This document shows positions 24,973 through 32,000 of a stretch of DNA of 32,000 nucleotides, one piece after another. Each line of letters starts with the position of its first letter. The stretch's first letter is position 1. The stretch comes from Nostoc punctiforme PCC 73102 (GTDB lineage Bacteria; Cyanobacteriota; Cyanobacteriia; Cyanobacteriales; Nostocaceae). The stretch spans positions 3,030,001-3,062,000 of the forward strand of contig NC_010628.1 of NCBI RefSeq assembly GCF_000020025.1. The letters run 5' to 3'. The position numbers and the translations under genes were made by a program. The notes beneath the pieces are model-generated. The model did not search any database, was not told the origin of the DNA, and worked only from the letters and a program-made list of their open reading frames with translations.

Positions 24973-25365
24973 ATGGACGAAATCGCTAAAAAACTTGCTG
25001 GTCTGGGTCTTCCTGGGATAATTCTCGTGATTTTAACAGTTACATCAGCAGGTAGTAATGCTGCTATTGTTGCTGCCCTCACAGCAGTAGGAGGCCCATT
25101 TGGTATCGTTGGAGGTATAGGTTTACTTGGTCTAATCACGGTTCTAGGTGATACTGTCGCGGGATATGGAATTGAGGCTGTTCTCAAGGCCGTCTATACA
25201 GAACGGAGTAAAACCGAATCTGTAAGATATCTCCTGAAAGAAATAAAAGATTTACCCATTTCAGAGGAGCTAAAACTCAAACTGAAAAATCACCTTAGCC
25301 CAGAAACTGTTACTGAGGTGGAAGATGTTCAAGCTCCAAAAACAATTGAAATTGTCGAGGAATAA
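24973..25365 (+). CDS. Small Gly/Ala-rich two-helix membrane protein, paralogue B (unknown family)
   Basis: It is 130 aa, the same length and architecture as 21379-21771. The 13-nt upstream motif gattttaggtaat is also shared (21359-21371 and 24956-24968). Confidence 0.75.
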   Translation: MDEIAKKLAGLGLPGIILVILTVTSAGSNAAIVAALTAVGGPFGIVGGIGLLGLITVLGDTVAGYGIEAVLKAVYTERSKTESVRYLLKEIKDLPISEELKLKLKNHLSPETVTEVEDVQAPKTIEIVEE

Positions 25366-25376
25366 TTTCACTGTTA

Positions 25377-25501
25377 CATTCGGTGACATTTAAAATCAAA
25401 TGGCACAAATACTATTTGGGATTTTAAATTGGGGATTTGGAGTTATTAAAAGCTGACTGGATTTTGCTTTAAGATATCCATTCGGATTCTATTTAAAATC
25501 A
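25377..25501 (+). promoter_or_regulatory. Imperfect direct repeat (two copies) in the NRPS upstream region
   Basis: cattcggtgacatttaaaatca (25377-25398) and cattcggattctatttaaaatca (25479-25501) share cattcgg plus atttaaaatca. They lie about 102 nt apart. Each contains a TAAAAT -10-like hexamer. Confidence 0.3.
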
Positions 25502-25743
25502 GTATCAGTTAACCGATCGCACCAAATTTCTGTGAGCAAAGAAAATGGCCTCTGAGCCCAATCTCATCGATTAAACCCTCAAAGGCCTATTTTTTGAGAT
25601 ATCTATGCAATAAATCTGTTACCTAGCAGAAGCCCAAAAATCGCTCTAAAGGTCTGTGAAAGAAATAACTGTAAAGCCTGGGCAAGGATATAGCAAAAAG
25701 TTAGAAAAATTGTAAAATCTTCACTTTCTGTAGCAAATTTATT

Positions 25744-28700
25744 ATGGAAGAAACTATCATTAACTCTATTCAAAATATTAATAATTTGTCTGCCTTAACT
25801 GAGCAGGAGCGACATAAAATATTGGTGGAATGGAATCATACAACGGTAGCTTATCCAAAGCACTTATGTATACATCAGTTATTTGAAGCACAAGTAGAAA
25901 AAACTCCAGACAGTATCGCTGTTGTGTTCAAGGAGGAACAACTAACTTATCAGGAGTTGAACCACCGAGCCAACAAAATAGCACATTATCTGCGTTTGCT
26001 GGGTGTAGATACAGAGGTGCTGGTAGGCATTTGCGTCGAGCGATCGCTAGAAATGATTGTAGGAATCTTGAGCATCCTTAAGGCGGGTGGAGCTTATGTG
26101 CCACTAGATCCAACGTATCCCAAAGAGCGTTTAAGCTTCATGCTCTCAGATTCGCAAGTGCAGGTGGTGTTAACTCAAGAAAAATTCGTTGACGATTTGG
26201 CTGCAAGCGGAGCGAAGTTGGTTTGTCTGGATGATAAGAAATCTTTTCACCAAGAGAGCAACGAGAATCCTAGTAGTGGGGTTGCACCAGAAAATCTAGC
26301 TTATGTAATTTATACATCAGGGTCAACAGGAACACCCAAAGGTGTGCTGATTCAACATCAAGGCGTGTGTAATCTAGCTCAGGCACAAGTGAAGCTGTTT
26401 AATGTACAGCAAAACAGTCGTGTTCTCCAGTTTGCTTCTTTCAGCTTTGATGCTTCAGTTTGGGAAATTTTCATGGCTCTGTGTTCAGGAGCTAGCCTTT
26501 ACATTGGAACTCAGGATTCCTTGCGCCCAGGAATAGATTTAATGCGACTGTTGCAAGAGCAATCAATAACTCACGTAACACTTCCACCCACAGCACTAGC
26601 AGCATTACCAAAAGAGGAATTGCCAAACTTACAAACCCTCATCGTCGCCGGAGAAGCTTGTAATCCTAAGTTGATAGCTGAATGGTCAAAAGGGCGGCGC
26701 TTTTTTAATGCTTATGGGCCAACAGAATCAACAATCTGTGCCACAGTAGCAGAATATACTGGTGACACTCAACTGACCATTGGTCGAGCGATCGCTAACA
26801 CTCAAATATATATTCTCGCTCAAGATCGGCAACCAGTTCCTATTGGTACTCCTGGCGAATTGTATATTGGTGGCGATGGCTTGGCTAGAGGCTACTTGAA
26901 CCGCCCAGAGCTAACCAAGGAAAAATTTATTCCTCATCCCTTTGAGAAAGCAGAAGGGAGTAGATTATACAAGACTGGTGACTTAGCTCGCTTCTTACCA
27001 GATGGCAACATTGAATTTTTGGGGCGAGTCGATCATCAGGTGAAGATTCGCGGGTTCCGTATTGAATTAGGAGAAATTGAGGCGCTTTTGAGTCAACATT
27101 CGGATGTACAGCAGGCAGTAGTAATCGCCCGTGAAGATATCCCTGGCGATCAGCGTCTTGTCGCCTATATTGTGCTTAAGCAAAAACTTGATGTGAGCGT
27201 CACTAGCCTCAAACGCTTTCTCCAAGAAAAACTGCCTAACTACATGGTGCCAGCAGTCTTTGTCATTCTAGACTCCTTGCCCCTTACTCCCAATGGTAAA
27301 GTCGATCGTCAGAATCTTCCAGTTTGCGATCGCTCACGCCCCGATCTCGAAGAAACCTTTGTCGCCCCTCGTAACTCCACTGAAGCAACACTAGCAAGCA
27401 TTTGGGCTGAGTTATTGGGACTTGAGCAGATAGGAATCGATGACAATTTTTTCAATTTGGGCGGTCATTCCCTGATAGCAGCTCAAATACTTTCCCGCAT
27501 CCGCGAGGGTTTCCAAGTCGAGTTATTCTTTCACCATATTTTTGCCAACCCTACCATAGCGGGTCTAGCTGGGCTAATTGAACAACACAGCCACCTCAAA
27601 CAACAGTTGCAACGTCCTGCCATACAACCAATTTCACGGTCAGGATACTTGCCAGCTTCCTTTGCTCAAGAGCGAGTATATTTCATCCAAGAAGTAGCTC
27701 CTGAAAGTGCTGCCTATCAAGCTCAGGTAACTCTGCGATTGACTGGAAAACTAGATGTGGCAGCATTAGAGCAGTGCCTCAGTGAGATTGTCCGACGGCA
27801 TGAAATCTTCCGAACGACTTTTCCGGCAATAGATGGACGGTTATTTCAAGTAATCCACCCAGCCGAAGCAATCAGGTTCACATCGAGCGGAGCCGAGATG
27901 TTCACAGTTATAGACCTCCAGACATTTCCTGAGTCTGAGCAAGAAGCAGAAAGTCAGCGCCTATTTGACGCAGAGGTGCAAAAGCCCTTCTACTTAAATC
28001 AACTGCCATTAGTCAGGTGGTTATTGTTGAAGTTGAGCGACCAAGACCATCTTTTGATCCACATCGAACATCACATGGTTCATGATGGCTGGTCTTTCAA
28101 CAACGTGTTCTTGAATGAGTTTGTGGAACTTTATCAAGCCTTCTGTTTGGGTAATCTTTCCCCACTGCCAGAATTAACATTCCAGTTTGCAGATTATGCC
28201 CATTGGCAGCGAGAGTGGGTTAAAAGCCAGGAAGCCGAAGCACAATTAGCTTATTGGCAGCAAAAGTTATCCGGTAGTCCGCCCCTTTTGGAATTACCAT
28301 CAGACCGCCCGCGCCCAGCAGAACAAACTTACAACGGCGCTCAAGTCAGGGTAGAGTTGCCCATTAGCTTGTGCGAATCTTTGAGGGTTCTCAGTCGTCA
28401 AGAAGGAATCACCTTATTCATGACGACGCTAGCAACTTTTTTAGTAATATTGCACCGATACACCAGACAGGACGATCTCTGTGTAGGAACGGCTGTTGCC
28501 AATCGGCGGATGCGCGAGACAGAAAAATTAATTGGCATGATCGTCAATAATTTGGTTTTACGCACTGATTTATCTGGAAATCCCACGTTTCGGGAGTTAC
28601 TGAATCGAGTCCGCCAAGTCAGTCTGGAAGCCTTTGCTAACGAAGATTTACCCTTCGATAAGGTCGTGGAAGTTCTCAAGCCAATCCGGAACTTGAGTTA

Positions 28701-31700
28701 CAATCCCCTGTTTCAAGTGATGTTCAGCTTCCATGATTCTCCCCAGCCAAACTTAACTCTCCCAGGCTTGAACATCAGACCAAATGTAGCCCTCAGCAAC
28801 AAATCAACAAAGTTTGATCTTGATGTCGTTCTGATTCCGCATCATGGCGCAGATAAGGGAATTACTATGATTTGGGAATACAACACCGACTTATTCGACA
28901 CTGCCACAATCCAGCAGATGGCAGAGCAGTATCAAATTTTGCTAGAGGGGATTGTTGTTAACCCAGAGCAGCGAGTTTCTGAATTACCACTGTTAACGCA
29001 GACTCATCAGCAGTTGCTCATGGAGTGGAATCAGACTCACAGGGAGTATGCCGCTAAAGATTGTATTCACGATTTATTTGCGGCTCAGGTGGAGTTAACG
29101 CCCGATGCTGTAGCTATTCAGCAAGAAGGTCAACAGTTAACTTACCGCCAATTGAGCGATCGCGCCAATCAATTAGCACACTATCTGCAAAGTTTAGGAG
29201 TCAAACCAGAAACCCTGGTCGGTATCTGCGTTGAGCGTTCCTTGGAAATGATTGTTGGCTTACTTGGAATTCTTAAAGCGGGAGGTGCTTACGTTCCCCT
29301 CGATCCAGCTTATCCCCAAGAGCGACTGGCTGATATTCTCGCAGATACGCAACTAAAAATTCTGCTGACTCAAGAAAGATTCCAGGACAAATTACCAGAT
29401 TATGCCGGAAAAACGATCTGTTTAGATACAGACTGGGAAATAATTGCTCAACACAGTACAGCCAATCCCATTAGCGAAGTTCAGTCCCATAACCTTGCTT
29501 ACATTATTTACACCTCTGGTTCTACAGGTAAACCAAAAGGGGTGATGATTGAACATCGGTCATTGATGAATTTTGTCATGACCGCAATGCATGAATATGG
29601 AATTAATGCAAGCGATAATATTCTGCAATTTGCGTCAATCTGTTTTGATGCATCAGTTGAAGAAATCTTACCTTGTCTTTCGGTCGGTGCAACATTGGTA
29701 CTGCGAACTGAGCAGATGTTGCACTCCAGCGATGAATTTTGGCGGTGTTGCCGAGAATGGCAATTAACTGTTTTGGATCTTCCCACAGCTTACTGGCATG
29801 AATTAGTAGCGGAACTTACCTCTGAAGATATCCGAATTCCCGAAAGTCTCAGAATGGTGATTATTGGAGGAGAAGAAGCTCAACTGGAAAGAGTGAAACG
29901 CTGGCACAGTAGTATTGCTCACCTCCCCAATCTACCCCAATTACTTAATAGTTACGGGCCAACGGAAGCAACGGTTATAGCGACCTTAGAGCGCTTAACC
30001 CCAGCAGCCACCTCTGTTAGCATTGGACGACCCATCAGCAATGCTCAAGTTCATATTCTGGATCAATATCTGCAACCAGTGCCTATAGGAGTTCCTGGAG
30101 AAATGCACATTGGTGGGGCAGGATTAGCCAGAGGGTATTGGCAACGTCCTGAACTTACGGCTGAGAAATTTATCCAAAGTCCAAAATTTGATCGTCTCTA
30201 TAAAACTGGGGATTTAGCAAGATTTTGCCCAGATGGCAACCTAGAATATCTTGGTCGAGTTGACGATCAGGTGAAAATTCGCGGCTTCCGCGTCGAATTG
30301 GGAGAAATCGAAACGGTGCTGAGACAACACACACAGGTGTTTCAAGCTTTGGTCATTGCTCGTGAAGACATTCCCGGACAAAAGCGCCTTGTGGCTTATG
30401 TTGTTCTGCACCATCCGCAACCAACCACCAATGAATTGCGCCAGTTCCTCAAACAGAAACTACCGAACTACATGATTCCGGCGGCGTTTGTGCTACTGGA
30501 AACGCTACCGATGACACCTAACCGCAAGGTAGATTACCGCGCTCTCCCAGCCCCCGACTTTTCTCGGAGCGCAGAAGATAGCTTTGTTGCACCCCAAACC
30601 CTTACAGAAGAAAGATTAGCGGCGATTTGGTCGGAAATTTTAAGACTCAAGCAAGTCAGCATCCACGATAACTTCTTTGAGCTGGGCGGCGACTCTATCC
30701 TCAGCATTCAGGTAATTTCCCGCGCCAATCAAGCGGGTATCCAAATTGCCCCCAAACAATTATTTCAGTACCAAACCATTGCTGAGTTAGCTGCCGTGGC
30801 AGGAATTACTCGCTCTGTCAAAGCCGAACAAGGATTAGTAACTGGCAAGGTGGCGCTAACACCCATCCAACAGTGGTTTTTCGAGCAGAAATTGCCCGAA
30901 CCTGATTACTTTAACCAGTCAGCTCTGCTAGAAGTGCCGCCAGACTTGCAACCAGAGCTATTGCAGCAAGTCGTACAAAAATTGCTAGTGCATCACGATG
31001 CTTTGCGTCTGCGGTTTGTGCAGGAAGGGGAAAACTGGCTGCAAATTAACGGCGCTACCCAGGAATCTGTACCACTGAGCATCTTTGATTTATCGCACCT
31101 TTCGCTAGCAGAACAGCAAACAGCGATGAAAGCTGCGGATGCGGAACTCCAAGCTAGTTTGAATTTATCTATCAGAGCGATCGCTACGCCCGCCACAGGC
31201 ATCGCACGAGTGGTGTTGTTTCGGTTGGGCAATGATCAACCTGGTCGATTACTGTTCATCATCCATCACTTAGCAGTAGATGGAATCTCCTGGCGGATTT
31301 TGCTCGAAGATTTAGCTACAGCTTATCAGCAAATTAGCCGTGGCGAAGCTATTAAATTACCACCTAAAACTACTTCCTTTCAATATTGGAGCGATCGCCT
31401 GACAGAATACGCCCAAAAAGATGCTGTCAGAGAGTTGGATTACTGGCTAAGTCAATCTAATATTCAAGTTACAGCTTTGCCACTAGACTATCCTTCATTT
31501 AAAGAAAATAATATCGTAGCCTCAACCGCTTCTGTGTCCCTTTCTTTAACTGAAGAACAAACCCGCGCCCTCTTGCAGGATGTACCCTCTGCCTACAACA
31601 CTCAAATTAATGATGTGCTGTTGACTGCCCTAGTGCAAAGCTTTGCCCAATGGACGGGAGAACGTTCTCTGCTAGTCGATCTAGAGGGACATGGACGGGA

Positions 31701-32000
31701 AGACTTGTTTGAAGATGTGGATTTGTCGCGGACTGTAGGCTGGTTTACCACCTTATTCCCCGTTCATTTAAAGCTAGAAGAAGTTGACCATCCAGGAGAG
31801 GTTTTAAAGTCAGTTAAAGAACAACTGCGGCGCATCCCCAACCGGGGTATAAGCTATGGTGTGTTGCGATATTTGCAGCAGGATGAAACAATACGCACGA
31901 AACTACAAGCGCTACCCCAAGCACAGGCAAGTTTTAACTATCTTGGTCAATTCGATCGGGTGCTTAAGGCATCTGCTGTATTGGGTTTGGCTCAAGAATT
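25744..32000 (+). CDS. Non-ribosomal peptide synthetase, 3'-truncated by the window; modules A-T / C-A-T-E (anabaenopeptin-synthetase AptA/ApnA-like layout)
   Basis: It is absent from the ORF track because no stop occurs before the window end. ATG 25744 opens a frame that stays open to 32000; I checked this by translating at 25744, 26281, 28060, 29461 and 31261. Core motifs present include LTYQELN, LKAGGAYVPLD, YTSGSTGTPKG, FDASVWE, NAYGPTE, GELYIGG, YKTGD, GRVDHQVKIRGFRIELGEIE and NGKVDR. Carrier, condensation and epimerisation motifs are also present (see the domain entries). Confidence 0.96.
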   Translation, partial: MEETIINSIQNINNLSALTEQERHKILVEWNHTTVAYPKHLCIHQLFEAQVEKTPDSIAVVFKEEQLTYQELNHRANKIAHYLRLLGVDTEVLVGICVERSLEMIVGILSILKAGGAYVPLDPTYPKERLSFMLSDSQVQVVLTQEKFVDDLAASGAKLVCLDDKKSFHQESNENPSSGVAPENLAYVIYTSGSTGTPKGVLIQHQGVCNLAQAQVKLFNVQQNSRVLQFASFSFDASVWEIFMALCSGASLYIGTQDSLRPGIDLMRLLQEQSITHVTLPPTALAALPKEELPNLQTLIVAGEACNPKLIAEWSKGRRFFNAYGPTESTICATVAEYTGDTQLTIGRAIANTQIYILAQDRQPVPIGTPGELYIGGDGLARGYLNRPELTKEKFIPHPFEKAEGSRLYKTGDLARFLPDGNIEFLGRVDHQVKIRGFRIELGEIEALLSQHSDVQQAVVIAREDIPGDQRLVAYIVLKQKLDVSVTSLKRFLQEKLPNYMVPAVFVILDSLPLTPNGKVDRQNLPVCDRSRPDLEETFVAPRNSTEATLASIWAELLGLEQIGIDDNFFNLGGHSLIAAQILSRIREGFQVELFFHHIFANPTIAGLAGLIEQHSHLKQQLQRPAIQPISRSGYLPASFAQERVYFIQEVAPESAAYQAQVTLRLTGKLDVAALEQCLSEIVRRHEIFRTTFPAIDGRLFQVIHPAEAIRFTSSGAEMFTVIDLQTFPESEQEAESQRLFDAEVQKPFYLNQLPLVRWLLLKLSDQDHLLIHIEHHMVHDGWSFNNVFLNEFVELYQAFCLGNLSPLPELTFQFADYAHWQREWVKSQEAEAQLAYWQQKLSGSPPLLELPSDRPRPAEQTYNGAQVRVELPISLCESLRVLSRQEGITLFMTTLATFLVILHRYTRQDDLCVGTAVANRRMRETEKLIGMIVNNLVLRTDLSGNPTFRELLNRVRQVSLEAFANEDLPFDKVVEVLKPIRNLSYNPLFQVMFSFHDSPQPNLTLPGLNIRPNVALSNKSTKFDLDVVLIPHHGADKGITMIWEYNTDLFDTATIQQMAEQYQILLEGIVVNPEQRVSELPLLTQTHQQLLMEWNQTHREYAAKDCIHDLFAAQVELTPDAVAIQQEGQQLTYRQLSDRANQLAHYLQSLGVKPETLVGICVERSLEMIVGLLGILKAGGAYVPLDPAYPQERLADILADTQLKILLTQERFQDKLPDYAGKTICLDTDWEIIAQHSTANPISEVQSHNLAYIIYTSGSTGKPKGVMIEHRSLMNFVMTAMHEYGINASDNILQFASICFDASVEEILPCLSVGATLVLRTEQMLHSSDEFWRCCREWQLTVLDLPTAYWHELVAELTSEDIRIPESLRMVIIGGEEAQLERVKRWHSSIAHLPNLPQLLNSYGPTEATVIATLERLTPAATSVSIGRPISNAQVHILDQYLQPVPIGVPGEMHIGGAGLARGYWQRPELTAEKFIQSPKFDRLYKTGDLARFCPDGNLEYLGRVDDQVKIRGFRVELGEIETVLRQHTQVFQALVIAREDIPGQKRLVAYVVLHHPQPTTNELRQFLKQKLPNYMIPAAFVLLETLPMTPNRKVDYRALPAPDFSRSAEDSFVAPQTLTEERLAAIWSEILRLKQVSIHDNFFELGGDSILSIQVISRANQAGIQIAPKQLFQYQTIAELAAVAGITRSVKAEQGLVTGKVALTPIQQWFFEQKLPEPDYFNQSALLEVPPDLQPELLQQVVQKLLVHHDALRLRFVQEGENWLQINGATQESVPLSIFDLSHLSLAEQQTAMKAADAELQASLNLSIRAIATPATGIARVVLFRLGNDQPGRLLFIIHHLAVDGISWRILLEDLATAYQQISRGEAIKLPPKTTSFQYWSDRLTEYAQKDAVRELDYWLSQSNIQVTALPLDYPSFKENNIVASTASVSLSLTEEQTRALLQDVPSAYNTQINDVLLTALVQSFAQWTGERSLLVDLEGHGREDLFEDVDLSRTVGWFTTLFPVHLKLEEVDHPGEVLKSVKEQLRRIPNRGISYGVLRYLQQDETIRTKLQALPQAQASFNYLGQFDRVLKASAVLGLAQE
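25850..27320 (+). other. NRPS adenylation domain 1 (starter module; predicted aromatic, Phe-like substrate). Approximate borders
   Basis: Motifs A1-A10 are present. The hand-extracted specificity positions read D A W T I A A I C K, with the A10 Lys codon at 27298-27300. Confidence 0.85.
27365..27590 (+). other. NRPS carrier (T/PCP) domain 1. Approximate borders
   Basis: It carries FFNLGGHSLIAAQ, with the phosphopantetheine Ser codon at 27469-27471. Confidence 0.85.
27625..28960 (+). other. NRPS condensation domain. Approximate borders
   Basis: It carries SFAQERVYFIQE (C1), RHEIFRTTF (C2) and HHMVHDG (28069-28089, the C3 active site). Confidence 0.85.
29045..30545 (+). other. NRPS adenylation domain 2 (predicted basic substrate, Lys-like). 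Approximate borders
   Basis: It carries LTYRQLS, LKAGGAYVPLD, YTSGSTGKPKG, FDASVEE, NSYGPTE and PNRKVDY, with the A10 Lys codon at 30526-30528. The specificity positions read D A E D I G S V I K. Confidence 0.85.
30590..30800 (+). other. NRPS carrier (T/PCP) domain 2, of the type that feeds an E domain. Approximate borders
   Basis: It carries FFELGGDSILSIQ, with the Ser codon at 30694-30696. The GGDSI variant is characteristic of carrier domains upstream of epimerases. Confidence 0.85.
30830..32000 (+). other. NRPS epimerisation domain (partial)
   Basis: It carries LTPIQQWFF, IIHHLAVDGISW (HH at 31264-31269), LEGHGRED, DLSRTVGWFTTLFPV, PNRGISYGVLRYL and FNYLGQFD. Confidence 0.88.

Noticed and set aside
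28398-31232. Minus-strand ORFs at 28398-28679, 29508-29786 and 30993-31232.
   Set aside because: They lie entirely inside the plus-strand NRPS reading frame, whose motifs are unambiguous. They are shadow ORFs.
1-32000. Mobile genetic elements (IS elements, integrases, phage genes) as an explanation for the compositional mosaic.
   Set aside because: No transposase, integrase or recombinase motifs appear in any frame that I could see. No terminal inverted repeats flank the AT-rich genes.

Overview
The window looks like chromosomal DNA from a filamentous, Nostoc-like cyanobacterium. The inference rests on dense HIP1 octamers (GCGATCGC, e.g. 3053-3060 and 8400-8407), heptamer and nonamer tandem arrays in intergenic DNA, and homo-amino-acid genes next to an NRPS. 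There are three blocks.

(1) 1-16600: a co-directional Wzx/Wzy-type polysaccharide locus. It encodes a CapD/PglF-like dehydratase (5' cut by the window), a Wzx flippase, a truncated GT4 fragment, an AT-rich Wzy-like polymerase, two GT4 glycosyltransferases and an exported protein of unknown function. It also encodes a PglC-like phosphoglycosyl transferase and a four-gene tailoring block: a divergent DegT-like protein, a PhyH dioxygenase, a FemAB/GNAT-like transferase and an ATP-grasp ligase. It ends with a DegT/PglE-like aminotransferase and a Wzz/GumC-type co-polymerase that has lost its kinase part. That last gene is bracketed by inverted heptamer arrays.

(2) 16809-20411: a GH31 alpha-glucosidase (minus strand) and a CDF metal exporter (plus strand), with a 32-nt palindrome between them.

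(3) 20412-32000: about 970 nt of AT-rich non-coding DNA with a nonamer array, then a secondary-metabolite locus. It holds an IPMDH-like gene (hphB-like) and a fused, permuted isopropylmalate-isomerase-like gene (hphCD-like). These are followed by the start of a large NRPS (A-T-C-A-T-E; predicted Phe-like residue then D-Lys), which is absent from the ORF track because it runs off the window. This layout fits an anabaenopeptin-type synthetase.

The least explained element is a pair of 130-aa glycine-zipper-like membrane protein paralogues. One lies before hphB and the other between hphCD and the NRPS, forming a 3.6-kb direct repeat with patchy perfect nucleotide identity. I found no rRNA, tRNA, CRISPR array, transposase or integrase.
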